40,295 nucleotides of DNA from Burkholderiaceae bacterium (GTDB lineage Bacteria; Pseudomonadota; Gammaproteobacteria; Burkholderiales; Burkholderiaceae_F): positions 1-40,295 of the forward strand of contig JBFINI010000001.1 of the NCBI GenBank assembly GCA_041611275.1, in the 5' to 3' direction. Made by a program: the position numbers and the translations under genes. Of this stretch, positions 8,179 to 18,311 are shown one piece after another (positions within the stretch are counted from its first letter, which is position 1; each line of letters begins with the position of its first letter). The notes below the pieces were generated by a model. It was not told the origin of the DNA, did no database searches, and saw only the letters and a program-made list of their open reading frames with translations.

Positions 8179-11072
8179 CAGGCGGCCGTCCTTGCTTCGC
8201 CCGTGCCGAACAGGTTGCTGACGCAACGTCCGCACAGTGTCGGATGCTCGGCCACGTTGCCGACCTCGGCGCGCCAGTGCCAGCAGCGGTCGCACTTCTT
8301 GTGCGGCGAGGCCCCGACGACGATCTTCTCGTCGGCCTCGGTCGCCGCCCGATACAGCGTGGCACGGCTGGTGATCATCACGAAGCGCAGATCGTCGCCG
8401 AGCGTGGCCAACAGCGCATGGCGGTCGCCGGAAAGGCTCAGGTCGAGTTCGGCCTGCAGCGACGAGCCGATCTTGCCCGCCTCGCGCTGCGCCTCGATCG
8501 CCTTCAACACGTCGGCACGCACGGCGCGGATTCGCCCCCATTTGGCGAGCAGCGCCTCGTGGCCGGCGACACCGGGCAACTCGTGATAGACCTCGGTGAA
8601 GATCGTGCCGGCTTCGTTCGGCGAAAATACGGCGAACGCTTCCTCGGCGGTGAAGCTGAGAAACGGCGCCATCAGCCGCAGCAGGCTGGCGGTGACATGC
8701 CACAGCGCGGTCTGCGCCGAGCGGCGCGCGTGCGAGCTGGCGGCGGTGGTGTACAGGCGGTCTTTGAGGATATCGAGGTAGAAGGCGCCGAGATCCTCGG
8801 AGCAGAAAGTCTGCAGCCGCGCGATGACCGGATGGAACTCGTAGCGCTGGCAGGATTCGAGCACCTCCGCCTGCATCTGCGCCGTGAGTGCCAGCGCGTA
8901 GCGGTCGATCTCCAGCAGTTGCTCGACCGGTACCGCGTGCTGCGCCGGGTCGAAGTCGCTGGTATTGGCGAGCAGGAAGCGCAGCGTGTTGCGGATGCGC
9001 CGGTAGCTTTCGACCACGCGTTTCAGGATCTCGTCGCCGATCGTCATTTCGCCGGAGTAGTCGGTCGAAGCCACCCACAGTCGCATGATCTCGGCGCCGA
9101 GCCTGTCGGCCAGCTCGACTGGTTCGATGCCGTTGCCGAGCGACTTGCTCATCTTGCGGCCCTGCGCATCGACGACGAAGCCGTGCGTCAGCAGGCCCTT
9201 GTACGGCGCGCGGCCGTCGATCGCAGCGCCGATCAACAGCGACGAATGAAACCAGCCGCGGTGCTGGTCCGAACCCTCGAGGTACAGATCGGCCGGGTAG
9301 GCGAGATCCGCGGCGTGCGAGCCGCGCATCACCGTGCGGTGGGTCGAGCCCGAATCGAACCAGACATCGAGGATGTCGGCTGCCTTGTCATACTCCGCGG
9401 CCTCCGCCTGCGGCAGGAAGTCGGTGATCTCGGCCCGGCTCCAGGCTTCGACGCCCCCGGCTTCGACCTTCTGCGCCGCCGCCTCGAGCAGTTCGAGCGT
9501 GTGCGGATGCAGTTCGCCCGTGGCCTTGTGCGTGAACAGCGGCAGCGGCACGCCCCAGTTGCGCTGGCGCGAGATGCACCAGTCGGGCCGGTTGGCGATC
9601 ATGCCGTGCAGCCGTGCCTTGCCCCACGACGGATAAAAGGCGGTGACCTCGATCGCGTGCAGCGCGGTCTGGCGCAGCGTCTCGCCGACCGTCTCGCTCT
9701 GCATCACGCCGGCGGTCTCGCGCGTGGCACCATCCATGCGCACGAACCACTGCGAGGCGGCGCGGTAAATGAGCGGCGTCTTGTGCCGCCAGCAGTGCAT
9801 GTACGAATGGCTCTGCTGCTCGGCGTGCAGGAGGCTGCCGGCCACGCGCAGGGCGTCGACGATCTTCGCGTTGGCGTCCCAGATCTTCTGCCCGCCGAAC
9901 AGGGGGAAGTCCGCTGCGTAGGCGCCGTCGCCCTGCACTGGGTTCAGGATCTCGTCGTTGGCCATGCCATACGACTTGCACGAGTCGAAGTCTTCGACGC
10001 CATAAGCGGGCGACGAATGCACGATGCCGGTGCCCGCGTCGGCCGTCACGTAGGTGCCGAGATAGACCGGCGCGTCGCGCTCGTAGCCTTTGTCCAGCGA
10101 GGCCAGCGGATGGCGGAAACGGACGCGTTCGAGTTTCTGCCCGACGCAGGTGGCGACCACGCGGCCCTTCAGCCCGTAGCGCTGCAGGCAGGATTCGGCG
10201 AGCGACTCGGCGAGGATCAGCAGCCGGTCGCCGGCATCGACCAGCGCGTAGGTGAACTCGGGATGGAAGTTCAGTGCCTGGTTGGCGGGAATCGTCCACG
10301 GCGTCGTGGTCCAGATCGCCGTGAAGGTCGGCTTGCCCAGCGCGGCCACGCCGAACAGTCCGGCGACCTGCGCCTCCTCGCCGCGCGCCAGCGGGAAGGC
10401 CACGTCGATCGCCGGCGTCTTCTTGTCGATGTACTCGACTTCGGCTTCGGCCAGCGCCGAATTGCAGTCGAAGCACCAGTTCACCGGCTTCAGTCCCCGG
10501 TAGACGAAGCCGCGCTCCATCATCCGGCCCAGCGTGCGGATCTCGTCGGCCTCGGCCTTGAAGGTCATCGTCTTGTACGGGTTGCCCCAGTCGCCGAGCA
10601 CGCCGAGCCGCTTGAAGCCCTTCATCTGGATGGCGATCTGCTCGGTGGCGTGCGCCCGCGCCTTGGCCTGCACTTCGGCACGCGGCAGATGCTTGCCGAA
10701 CTTCTTCTCGATGTGGATCTCGATCGGCATGCCGTGGCAGTCCCAGCCGGGCACGTACACCGCGTCGAAGCCGGCCATCGAGCGGGTCTTGACGACGATG
10801 TCCTTCAGGATCTTGTTGACCGCGGTGCCGAGGTGGATCTCGCTGTTCGCATACGGCGGGCCGTCGTGCAGGACGAACTTCGGCGCGCCGTGGCGGGCCT
10901 TGCGGATTGCGCCGTAGACATTGCGCTTGTCCCAGTCGGCGACCCAGCCCGGCTCGCGCTTGGGCAGGTCGCCACGCATCGGAAACGGCGTGTCGGGCAG
11001 GTTCAGCGGGTATTTCTTGCTGGCAGGATCCGCGGGCGGCTTGCCCTTGGACGGCTTGTCGGCGTCAGCCAT
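8178..11072 (-). CDS. ileS: Isoleucine--tRNA ligase (type 1)
   Basis: The 964-aa product has a HIGH-region [13 protein letters not shown] and a KMSKS motif ([10 protein letters not shown]). The C-terminal zinc motif is CDRCWHW...CGRC. AAGGAG lies 6 nt upstream of the ATG. Confidence 0.97.
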   Translation of the reverse strand: MADADKPSKGKPPADPASKKYPLNLPDTPFPMRGDLPKREPGWVADWDKRNVYGAIRKARHGAPKFVLHDGPPYANSEIHLGTAVNKILKDIVVKTRSMAGFDAVYVPGWDCHGMPIEIHIEKKFGKHLPRAEVQAKARAHATEQIAIQMKGFKRLGVLGDWGNPYKTMTFKAEADEIRTLGRMMERGFVYRGLKPVNWCFDCNSALAEAEVEYIDKKTPAIDVAFPLARGEEAQVAGLFGVAALGKPTFTAIWTTTPWTIPANQALNFHPEFTYALVDAGDRLLILAESLAESCLQRYGLKGRVVATCVGQKLERVRFRHPLASLDKGYERDAPVYLGTYVTADAGTGIVHSSPAYGVEDFDSCKSYGMANDEILNPVQGDGAYAADFPLFGGQKIWDANAKIVDALRVAGSLLHAEQQSHSYMHCWRHKTPLIYRAASQWFVRMDGATRETAGVMQSETVGETLRQTALHAIEVTAFYPSWGKARLHGMIANRPDWCISRQRNWGVPLPLFTHKATGELHPHTLELLEAAAQKVEAGGVEAWSRAEITDFLPQAEAAEYDKAADILDVWFDSGSTHRTVMRGSHAADLAYPADLYLEGSDQHRGWFHSSLLIGAAIDGRAPYKGLLTHGFVVDAQGRKMSKSLGNGIEPVELADRLGAEIMRLWVASTDYSGEMTIGDEILKRVVESYRRIRNTLRFLLANTSDFDPAQHAVPVEQLLEIDRYALALTAQMQAEVLESCQRYEFHPVIARLQTFCSEDLGAFYLDILKDRLYTTAASSHARRSAQTALWHVTASLLRLMAPFLSFTAEEAFAVFSPNEAGTIFTEVYHELPGVAGHEALLAKWGRIRAVRADVLKAIEAQREAGKIGSSLQAELDLSLSGDRHALLATLGDDLRFVMITSRATLYRAATEADEKIVVGASPHKKCDRCWHWRAEVGNVAEHPTLCGRCVSNLFGTGEARTAA

Positions 11073-11183
11073 CTGATGCTCCTTGGCCCCCTCGGGCTCT
11101 TCAAGGTCGGTCGCGTTGAAGGATGGAGTTTACGGACTACGCTGGTGCGCCGCCGCGACCACGCCAGCGAACGGCGACCGTGG

Positions 11184-12125
11184 CTACGGTTGCGGATCGA
11201 TCGGCGCCAGCAGCGCGCGGGCCGCGGCCGCGTCGTTGCGGATGGCGCTGCTCAGCGCCTGCAGCGATTCGTACTTGGTTTCATCACGCAGCTTGTGCAC
11301 CAGCTCGACGCGCACCAGCTTGCCGTAGACCTGCTGCGCGAAATCGAACAGATGCACCTCGAGCAGCCAGCGGCCGGTGTCATCGACCGTTGGCCGCAGA
11401 CCGATGCTCGCCACGCCTGGCCAAGGCCCTTCGCCCAGTCCATGCACCTTCACCGCGAAGATGCCGTGTGCCGCCGGCCGCCTGTGTGCCAGCCGCAGGT
11501 TCAGCGTCGGAAATCCGATCTCGCGGCCCAGCTTGCGGCCATGCAGGACGCGGCCGCTGATAGCGTAGGGTCGCCCCAGCAGGGCCGCAGCGTGGGCCAG
11601 ATCGCCGCCGGCCAGTGCCTCTCGCACTTCCGAACTGGAAACACGCACGCCGTGCTCGAGCACGGTGGCCAGCTGTTCGACCGTATAGCCGTGTGTCGCC
11701 CCGCGCTGACGCAGCAGCTCGACATCGCCGGCGCGCCTTGCTCCGAAGCGGAAGTCATCGCCGACCATCAGCCAACGCGTATTCAGCCCCGCCACCAGCA
11801 CGTCATCGACGAATTGCTCGGGGCTGAGCTGAGCGAAGCGGCGGTTGAAGTGCTGGATGAAGACGCGCTGGACGCCGGCCGCGGCAAGGCCGTCGATCTT
11901 GTCGCGCAGATTGGCCACGCGGGCCGGCGCGCTGTCGGGCGCGAATAACTCCCGCGGATGTGGCTCGAACGTCATCACCGCCGGCGTCAAGCTGCGGCGG
12001 CGCGCGGCGGCGACCAGTTGCGCCAGCAGCGCCTGGTGGCCGCGGTGAACGCCGTCGAAATTGCCGATCGCCAGCGCTACCGGAACTCGATTGCCGCTGC
12101 GGGCGATGCCGCGAAAGATTTTCAT
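11184..12125 (-). CDS. ribF: Bifunctional riboflavin kinase / FMN adenylyltransferase
   Basis: The start MKIFRG at 12125 is chosen because a perfect TATAAT lies just upstream. Motifs are GNFDGVHRGHQ (adenylyltransferase) and GFPTLN (kinase). Confidence 0.92.
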   Translation of the reverse strand: MKIFRGIARSGNRVPVALAIGNFDGVHRGHQALLAQLVAAARRRSLTPAVMTFEPHPRELFAPDSAPARVANLRDKIDGLAAAGVQRVFIQHFNRRFAQLSPEQFVDDVLVAGLNTRWLMVGDDFRFGARRAGDVELLRQRGATHGYTVEQLATVLEHGVRVSSSEVREALAGGDLAHAAALLGRPYAISGRVLHGRKLGREIGFPTLNLRLAHRRPAAHGIFAVKVHGLGEGPWPGVASIGLRPTVDDTGRWLLEVHLFDFAQQVYGKLVRVELVHKLRDETKYESLQALSSAIRNDAAAARALLAPIDPQP

Positions 12126-12152
12126 CGAGCAGGGAAGCTGAAGAGCGGCGAA

Positions 12153-12158
12153 ATTATA
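12153..12158 (-). promoter_or_regulatory. Candidate -10 hexamer for ribF
   Basis: A perfect TATAAT sits on the minus strand, 27 nt upstream of the ribF ATG at 12125. No good -35 was found. Confidence 0.35.
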
Positions 12159-12226
12159 CGGAGCAGGCCACTCACGATTCACCGCGCCGACCGCCGCAAA
12201 AAAACGGCGCGTAGAATTCGCGCCGC

Positions 12227-12874
12227 ATGAAACGCATCGTCTGCCTGATCTCCGGACGCGGCAGCAACCTGGAATCGATCCTGCGCACTGCAGCGGCGGA
12301 GAATTGGGCGGTCGACATCCCGGCCCGCATCGTTGCGGTGATCAGCAATCGCGTCGAGGCGGCTGGTCTGCAGGTGGCGCGGGCGCATGGCGTGCCGGTG
12401 ACGGTCATCGAGCACACGCGCTTTGATTCGCGCGAAGCGTTCGATCTCGAGCTGTCGAGCGCAATCGATGCGCATGCGCCTGATTTGATCGTGCTGGCCG
12501 GATTCATGCGCGTGCTGAGCAGCCGCTTTGTCGAGCATTTCAACGGGCGGCTGATCAATATCCATCCGTCGCTGCTACCGGCATTTCCCGGGCTGGCGAC
12601 GCATCGGCAGGCGTTGGCCGCCGGCGTGCGCGTTCATGGGGCGACGGTGCATTTCGTTTCCAACGTGGTCGATGGCGGCGCAATCGTCGCGCAGGCCGCC
12701 GTTGCCGTGCTGTCCGGAGACACCGAGGAAACACTCGCAGAACGCGTTCTGCAGCGGGAGCATGTATTGCTGCCGCGCTGTGTGCGCTGGCTGTGCGAGG
12801 GTCGTGTGTCGCTCGCCGACGGCCGCGTGATCAGTCATGATCTGCCTCCCGGCGCGCTGGCGGTGCTTGAGTGA
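12227..12874 (+). CDS. purN: Phosphoribosylglycinamide formyltransferase
   Basis: The 215-aa product has ISGRGSNL, an active-site block INIHPSLLPAFPG, and GATVHFV. Confidence 0.93.
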   Translation: MKRIVCLISGRGSNLESILRTAAAENWAVDIPARIVAVISNRVEAAGLQVARAHGVPVTVIEHTRFDSREAFDLELSSAIDAHAPDLIVLAGFMRVLSSRFVEHFNGRLINIHPSLLPAFPGLATHRQALAAGVRVHGATVHFVSNVVDGGAIVAQAAVAVLSGDTEETLAERVLQREHVLLPRCVRWLCEGRVSLADGRVISHDLPPGALAVLE

Positions 12875-14163
12875 ACAGCCTGCGCATCACATCGCTCGTC
12901 GTCGACAGCCTGGCGCAATTGCTGGCGCAGGTGCTGCGCTTTGAAGGCCCCGCCGACGGGGTGATGTCGCGCTATTTCAAGCAGCATGCCAAGCTCGGCG
13001 CTCGCGATCGCAGCCTCATTGCCGAGGCGGTGTTCTTCGCCTTGCGCCGCTATGCCAGCTTGCGCTGGATAATGCAGCCGGCCGATCCGGTCCGGGCGCC
13101 GAGGTTGGCGGCGTTGATCACGCTCGGACGCCAGCATGGTGCGGCAGCGCTTGACAAGCGCGCACTGCGCAACGACGAGCGCGCCGTGCGCCATGCGCTG
13201 TCAACCAGGACGCAGACGGCGCCCGAGACGGTGCAAGCGGAAATGCCGCTGTGGCTGTTTCGGCGCATAAACGATCAGTACGATGACGCGCAGCCCTTAA
13301 TGGCGGCGCTGGCCGAGGCAGCGCCGCTCGACCTGCGCGTCAATACTCAACGGGCGCAGCGCGAACAGGTACTGGCCGAGTTGCGTTCATCGACCCGTCA
13401 GCATGCACCGCTGCGGGCCGAGCCGACGCCCTATTCGCCGGAAGGCGTACGCCTGTGCGAGAAGCCGGGCCTGACGCGCTGGCCGCTATATCAGGACGGC
13501 AAGATCGAGGTGCAGGACGAAGGCAGCCAGTTGATCGCTCGCCTGGTGGCACCCAAGCGCGGCGAAATGCTGGTTGACTTCTGCGCCGGCGCTGGTGGCA
13601 AGACGCTAGCGCTGGGCAATCTGATGCGATCGACCGGCCGGATCTACGCGTTCGACATTCATGCGCGTCGACTGGCCGGGCTTGGCCCGCGTCTGAAGCG
13701 CAGCGGCCTGTCGAATGTGCATCCGGCGGCGATTGGCAGCGAAAACGATCCGCGCGTGAGGCGGCTGGCCGGCAAGATCGATCGCGTGCTGGTCGATGTG
13801 CCGTGCTCGGGCAGCGGCACCCTGCGGCGCAATCCGGATCTCAAATGGCGCTTCGACGAGACTGAATTGGCCCGGGTGAACGCGGTACAGCACAATGTCC
13901 TGCGCGCCGCTTGCCGGCTGGTCAAGCCGGGGGGTCGCCTCGTCTATGCCACCTGTTCGCTGCTTGCCGAGGAGAACCAGGCGGTGATCGACCGTTTCGT
14001 CGGCGAGCGGCCCGAGTTCGTATGCTTGGCAGCCGTCGATGTATTGCGCCCTCAGGGAATAGCGATTGCGGATCTTGATCGATTCGCGCCGTATTTCGTC
14101 ATGCTGCCCCACCTGCACGGCACTGACGGTTTCTTCGCCGCTGTATTGCAACGGCAGCGGTAA
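12871..14163 (+). CDS. rsmB: 16S rRNA (cytosine-C5)-methyltransferase RsmB/Sun family
   Basis: The GTG start overlaps the purN stop (GTGA). The N-terminal region is NusB-like. Motifs are SAM motif DFCAGAGGKT, catalytic DVPCSGSG and YATCSL. Confidence 0.88.
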   Translation: MNSLRITSLVVDSLAQLLAQVLRFEGPADGVMSRYFKQHAKLGARDRSLIAEAVFFALRRYASLRWIMQPADPVRAPRLAALITLGRQHGAAALDKRALRNDERAVRHALSTRTQTAPETVQAEMPLWLFRRINDQYDDAQPLMAALAEAAPLDLRVNTQRAQREQVLAELRSSTRQHAPLRAEPTPYSPEGVRLCEKPGLTRWPLYQDGKIEVQDEGSQLIARLVAPKRGEMLVDFCAGAGGKTLALGNLMRSTGRIYAFDIHARRLAGLGPRLKRSGLSNVHPAAIGSENDPRVRRLAGKIDRVLVDVPCSGSGTLRRNPDLKWRFDETELARVNAVQHNVLRAACRLVKPGGRLVYATCSLLAEENQAVIDRFVGERPEFVCLAAVDVLRPQGIAIADLDRFAPYFVMLPHLHGTDGFFAAVLQRQR

Positions 14164-14234
14164 GCCGAGCAGGTGAGACTGCGCGCCGAATTGCGGCGGC
14201 CGGGCCCAACCTGACAGATCACCCGTACGGCGCT

Positions 14235-14263
14235 TTGCTCGTGAGGCGTAGCCCCCGTACAAT
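14235..14263 (+). promoter_or_regulatory. Candidate sigma70 promoter for the desaturase gene
   Basis: -35 TTGCTC (14235-14240), a 17-nt spacer, then -10 TACAAT (14258-14263). It lies about 60 nt upstream of ATG 14324. Confidence 0.45.
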
Positions 14264-14323
14264 CCCATCTCTTTGTTATTTCGTTTGTCCGGCGCGCCGT
14301 TGCCGGATGTTGCCGGGGGTGGC

Positions 14324-15520
14324 ATGTATCTTCTTGAGTTTCTCGAGGGCGGTGGTTTGAATCTCTCGTGGTGGCAGATCGTTGTCGCCGCGCTGCTGAT
14401 GACACACATCACCATCGCCGCGGTGACGATCTTCCTGCACCGGTCGCAGGCGCACCGCGCGCTGGACCTGCATCCGCTGATAGCTCATTTTTTCCGCGCC
14501 TGGCTTTGGCTGACCACTGGCATGCAGACGAAGGAGTGGGTGGCCATCCATCGCAAGCACCACGCCAAGTGCGAAACGACCGAGGATCCGCATAGCCCAC
14601 AGACGCGCGGCTTGAAAAAGGTGCTGTGGCAGGGTGCCGAGTTGTACAAGGACGAGGCGGGCAACGACCAAACACTTTCCCGTTACGGTCACGGCACGCC
14701 GAACGATTGGGTCGAGCGCAACGTCTATTCACGTTTCTCCTGGCAAGGCTGTGGACTGATGCTCGGTGCCGACCTGATTTTGTTCGGTGCGGCCGGCCTA
14801 GCCGTGTGGGCGGTACAGATGATCTGGATTCCGTTTTTCGCTGCGGGTGTCATCAACGGCATTGGACACTACTGGGGTTATCGCAATTACGACAGCCCGG
14901 ATGCGGCGGCCAACATCAGCCCTTGGGGCATTTTGATCGGGGGCGAAGAACTGCATAACAATCATCACACCTACCCGACCTCCGCAAAACTTTCGAGCAA
15001 GTGGTTCGAGTTCGATCTTGGTTGGGCCTATATCCGCGTGTTGTCGGCGCTGGGGCTGGCCAAGGTATTGCGAATCGCACCAGTGGCCAAGATCGCTGAA
15101 CCGCGCCAGGTCGATCTGCACACGCTGCAAGCCGTAATCGCGAATCGTTACGACCTGCTTTCGCGTTACGCGCGCGGATTGCGCGGAGCGTTTAATGAGG
15201 AATTGCGTCGGTTAAGGCTGACGGCGGCTGATCGACAGCGCTTTGCAACGCTGCGGCGCTGGCTGCGCACGTCTGATGTGCAATCGATTCCGCCGGCCCA
15301 GCAGCAGACGCTGCGTGAATTGCTGACGCAAAGCCGTGTCATGCACACGCTAGTCGACATGCGGGCCGAGCTGGCGGCCATCTGGGAGCGCGGTACGACG
15401 TCGCGCGAGCAGATGCTGGCCCACCTGCAGGACTGGATCACTCGCGCCGAAGCCAGCGGCATCCGAGCCCTGCAGGAAGCGGCCGTCCGCATCCGCAGCT
15501 ACGCGCCGATGCCCGCCTGA
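14324..15520 (+). CDS. desA: Membrane fatty-acid (acyl-lipid delta-9 type, DesA-like) desaturase
   Basis: Three histidine boxes are present: HRSQAH, HRKHH and HNNHH. TM segments lie between them. ATG 14324 is chosen over the upstream TTG at 14273. Confidence 0.85.
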   Translation: MYLLEFLEGGGLNLSWWQIVVAALLMTHITIAAVTIFLHRSQAHRALDLHPLIAHFFRAWLWLTTGMQTKEWVAIHRKHHAKCETTEDPHSPQTRGLKKVLWQGAELYKDEAGNDQTLSRYGHGTPNDWVERNVYSRFSWQGCGLMLGADLILFGAAGLAVWAVQMIWIPFFAAGVINGIGHYWGYRNYDSPDAAANISPWGILIGGEELHNNHHTYPTSAKLSSKWFEFDLGWAYIRVLSALGLAKVLRIAPVAKIAEPRQVDLHTLQAVIANRYDLLSRYARGLRGAFNEELRRLRLTAADRQRFATLRRWLRTSDVQSIPPAQQQTLRELLTQSRVMHTLVDMRAELAAIWERGTTSREQMLAHLQDWITRAEASGIRALQEAAVRIRSYAPMPA

Positions 15521-15533
15521 TCCGCGGTGCGAC

Positions 15534-15573
15534 CCCAACAAAAAAACCGGCATTGGCCGGTTTTTTTGTTGGG
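15534..15573. terminator. Bidirectional rho-independent terminator (desA / rpmG)
   Basis: A perfect 18-bp inverted repeat CCCAACAAAAAAACCGGC / GCCGGTTTTTTTGTTGGG surrounds a 4-nt loop. It gives a U-tract in both orientations and lies between convergent genes. Confidence 0.8.
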
Positions 15574-15586
15574 CGAGTTAACCCGC

Positions 15587-15754
15587 TTATTTGAGCTTGG
15601 TTTCCTTGTACGCAACGTGCTTGCGTGCGACCGGATCAAACTTCATGAACTGCAGCTTGTCAGGCGTCGTGCGCTTGTTCTTGCTCGTCGTGTAGAAGTG
15701 ACCGGTTCCAGCCGAAGATTCCAGCTTGATCTTTTCGCGTGCGCCCTTGGCCAT
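15587..15754 (-). CDS. rpmG: 50S ribosomal protein L33
   Basis: Hand translation gives [55 protein letters not shown] (55 aa). This is below the ORF-track length cut-off. It lies 20 nt downstream of rpmB. Confidence 0.95.
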   Translation of the reverse strand: MAKGAREKIKLESSAGTGHFYTTSKNKRTTPDKLQFMKFDPVARKHVAYKETKLK

Positions 15755-15774
15755 CGTCGCTCTCCCTTATCTGA

Positions 15775-16008
15775 TCAGAGTTCGCCGCGGCTGCGCAATT
15801 CGGCTAGCACGGCGTCAATGCCTTGCTTTTCCATCGTGCGCAGCCCGGCATTGGTCAGGCGCAGTCGTACCCAGCGCTTCTCGCTTTCGACCCAGAAGCG
15901 CCGATCCTGCAGGTTCGGCAAAAAACGACGCTTTGTCCTGTTGTTGGCGTGCGAAACGTTGTTGCCGACCAACGGCTTCTTGCCCGTGACTTGGCAAACG
16001 CGTGCCAT
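15775..16008 (-). CDS. rpmB: 50S ribosomal protein L28
   Basis: The 77-aa product reads [34 protein letters not shown]... Confidence 0.95.
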   Translation of the reverse strand: MARVCQVTGKKPLVGNNVSHANNRTKRRFLPNLQDRRFWVESEKRWVRLRLTNAGLRTMEKQGIDAVLAELRSRGEL

Positions 16009-16092
16009 GACTTCTTCCTCGATTTTGTAACTGGACTCGGCGCTCTGCGGATCGATGGCTCTATGGACCCAAAACGCCGACCAAAGCTCAAA

Positions 16093-16122
16093 AGTATACC
16101 TGCGGCGAAGTTCCAGTGCCAG
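16093..16122 (-). promoter_or_regulatory. Weak candidate promoter for rpmB-rpmG
   Basis: On the minus strand, -10 TATACT (16098-16093) and -35-like CTGGCA (16122-16117) are separated by an 18-nt spacer. Confidence 0.25.
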
Positions 16123-16157
16123 CCTGCAATTGGCATTCGCCCGTGATGCTATCGAAC

Positions 16158-16832
16158 CTAAAGGAGCCCGCGTTCGGCAAGGGAGACGCTTCCAGATCCA
16201 GCAACGATGATGTGGTCGAGGACGCGGACGTCGACCAAGGCTAGTGCTTCACTTAGCGTCCGGGTCAGCATTTCGTCGGCGCGGCTCGGCTCGGCGACGC
16301 CGGATGGATGATTGTGGGCAAAGATCACAGCGGCGCAGTTGCGCGCCAGCGCGCGTTTGACGATCTCTCGTGGATAGACGCTGGTTTGCGTCAGCGTGCC
16401 GCGAAACAGCTCCTCGTAGTCGATCAGGCGATTCTGTGCGTCGAGAAAAAGCGCGCTGAAGACCTCGTGGGGCAGCTGCCCGATTGCCATGCGAAGGTAA
16501 TTACGCACCTTGACGGGCGAGTCGAGCACGGTGTCGCGACGCACATCCTCCCGCAACGCGCGGCGCGCCAGCTCGAGCACCGCCTGCAGCTGGGCGTACT
16601 TGGCAGGGCCGAACCCCGGCATCGCTTCGACGTCAGCGCGCGCAGCATGGAGCAGGCCGTTGAGGGAGCCGAACCGATCGAGCGCACCGCGCGCCAGATC
16701 GAGCACGCTACGGCCCGGCAAGCCAATGCGCAGGAAGACCGCCAGCAGCTCTGCTTCGGAAAGAATCTGCGGACCTTGGGCGAGCAATCGCTCGCGCGGA
16801 CGCTCGCCCTCCGGCCAGTGGCGCACGGTCAT
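16158..16832 (-). CDS. radC: RadC-family JAB/MPN domain protein
   Basis: [17 protein letters not shown] is a typical RadC N-terminus. It has an HhH region and a JAMM motif HNHPSG. The alternative upstream ATG at 16880 would overlap fkpB. Confidence 0.87.
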   Translation of the reverse strand: MTVRHWPEGERPRERLLAQGPQILSEAELLAVFLRIGLPGRSVLDLARGALDRFGSLNGLLHAARADVEAMPGFGPAKYAQLQAVLELARRALREDVRRDTVLDSPVKVRNYLRMAIGQLPHEVFSALFLDAQNRLIDYEELFRGTLTQTSVYPREIVKRALARNCAAVIFAHNHPSGVAEPSRADEMLTRTLSEALALVDVRVLDHIIVAGSGSVSLAERGLL

Positions 16833-16872
16833 GCCAGAGCCCTTGGCTACACTACTGCCTCTGCGCTTGGTG

Positions 16873-17328
16873 ATGGACATGACCCGGATCGCGGCTGATT
16901 CACACGTGACGCTGCATTATCGACTTGCGGCGCAGGTCGACGGCAACGAGCGCGAAGTCATCAGCACGTTGGGTGGCCGGCCGGCCACGCTGCAGTTGGG
17001 CAGTGGACAGCTGGCGGCAAGCCTGGAGCGGTGCCTTGTGGGGCTGAAGGAAGGTGAAGAGGCGGCCTTTGATATTGCGGCGGCGGAGGCATTCGGTGAA
17101 CGAAGTGCCGATATGGTGCAGTCGATCGCGCGCGCCACTTTCGATGCTCATGCCGACCCAGAAGTCGAGTACACAGCGGGTGATCTGATCGAGTTCAACC
17201 GGCCCGGGGGCGGGCGCCTCGCCGGCGTGGTGAAACAGCGCGATGAGCGACGCGTCATTGTTGATTTCAATCATCCGTTGGCTGGGTTGCCAGTGCGGTT
17301 TTCAGTGCACGTGATCGGAGTGCTTTGA
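16873..17328 (+). CDS. fkpB: FKBP-type peptidyl-prolyl cis-trans isomerase (FkpB/SlpA type)
   Basis: The product has HYRL..., the block VDFNHPLAG and the ending FSVHVIGV. It resembles E. coli FkpB and sits directly upstream of ispH as in E. coli. The start may be ATG 16873 or 16879. Confidence 0.85.
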   Translation: MDMTRIAADSHVTLHYRLAAQVDGNEREVISTLGGRPATLQLGSGQLAASLERCLVGLKEGEEAAFDIAAAEAFGERSADMVQSIARATFDAHADPEVEYTAGDLIEFNRPGGGRLAGVVKQRDERRVIVDFNHPLAGLPVRFSVHVIGVL

Positions 17329-18272
17329 TGGAAGTTCTGTTGGCGCAGCCGCGTGGTTTTTGTGCCGGGGTTGACCGGGCGATCGAAATCGTCGAGCGGG
17401 CATTGCAGGTGCACGGTGCGCCCATCTACGTTCGCCACGAAATCGTTCACAACACGCACGTGGTCGCTGACCTGCGCGCCAAGGGCGCAGTCTTCGTCGA
17501 TGAATTGGAACAGGTGCCTGCCGGTGGCACGGTGGTGTTTTCGGCTCACGGCGTTTCCAAGTCGGTGCGCCAGGAGGCGCACGTACGCGGCCTGCGTGTG
17601 TTCGATGCGACTTGCCCCTTAGTGACGAAGGTTCATGTCGAGGTGGCGCGCATGCGCGCGCAAGGCCGCGAGATCGTCATGATCGGACACGCGGGGCACC
17701 CCGAGGTCGAAGGAACGATGGGTCAGGCCGACAGAGGCATTGTCCTCGTCGAATCGGTCGATGACGTGGCGCAGCTCGAGGTTCGCGATCCGCACAACCT
17801 CGCTTACGTCACACAGACTACGTTGTCGATCGATGATGCGGCACAGATCGTTGCGGCCTTGAAGCAGCGCTTTCCGCAGATCGCGGAACCGAAGAAGGCC
17901 GATATCTGTTATGCGACGCAGAACCGTCAGGACGCGGTGAAACTGATGGCGCCGCGGGTCGACCTGGTGATCGTCATCGGCAGCCGCACCAGTTCCAATT
18001 CCAACCGCCTGCGCGAGGTTGCGCAGCGATTCGGCGTTCCCGCCTACCTCGTCGACAGCGCGGCGGACCTGAATCCTGCCTGGCTGAGTGGCAGGCCGCG
18101 CATCGGCGTCACGGCAGGTGCGTCGGCGCCGGAGTCGCTCGTGCGGGCTCTGACCGACCGCTTGCGTGCGCTCGGCGCCGAAAAGGTGCGAACGCTCGAT
18201 GGTGTGCAGGAAAATGTCGTGTTCCCGCTGCCCAAGGGCTTGGGTCGGCAGGCCAACGCAGAGCGGGTTTGA
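17328..18272 (+). CDS. ispH: 4-hydroxy-3-methylbut-2-enyl diphosphate reductase
   Basis: ATG 17328 shares one nt with the fkpB stop (TGATG). Motifs are [29 protein letters not shown] and SSNSNRL. Confidence 0.95.
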   Translation: MEVLLAQPRGFCAGVDRAIEIVERALQVHGAPIYVRHEIVHNTHVVADLRAKGAVFVDELEQVPAGGTVVFSAHGVSKSVRQEAHVRGLRVFDATCPLVTKVHVEVARMRAQGREIVMIGHAGHPEVEGTMGQADRGIVLVESVDDVAQLEVRDPHNLAYVTQTTLSIDDAAQIVAALKQRFPQIAEPKKADICYATQNRQDAVKLMAPRVDLVIVIGSRTSSNSNRLREVAQRFGVPAYLVDSAADLNPAWLSGRPRIGVTAGASAPESLVRALTDRLRALGAEKVRTLDGVQENVVFPLPKGLGRQANAERV

Positions 18273-18311
18273 ATCATGGTGTCGAAGCAGCTTTAAGGCG
18301 AGGAGAGGCGA

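Noticed and set aside
6908-9078. The track ORFs of 485 aa (6908-8365) and 466 aa (7678-9078) suggest much larger proteins.
   Set aside because: Only the C-terminal parts resemble real proteins (the methyltransferase and LspA). The N-terminal extensions overlap ileS/lspA coding sequence in other frames and are Arg/Pro-rich. Internal GTG/ATG starts give the expected lengths and exact stop/start overlaps.
8244-11948. The longest ORF in the window (1234 aa, plus strand) spans the antisense of ileS, the ileS-ribF spacer and part of ribF.
   Set aside because: It is the codon-aligned antisense frame of both genes, since ileS and ribF share the same phase. In that frame stops arise only opposite sense TTA, CTA or TCA codons, which are nearly absent at this GC3. 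The product is Arg/Ala/Gly/His-rich low complexity with no recognisable motifs. The sense strand meanwhile encodes unmistakable IleRS and RibF.
16099-16122. A TGGCAC motif on the minus strand upstream of rpmB, resembling a sigma54 -24 element.
   Set aside because: The required TTGC -12 element at the correct 5-nt spacing is absent (the sequence is TGGCAC-TGGAA-CTTCG). Ribosomal protein operons are not sigma54 targets.
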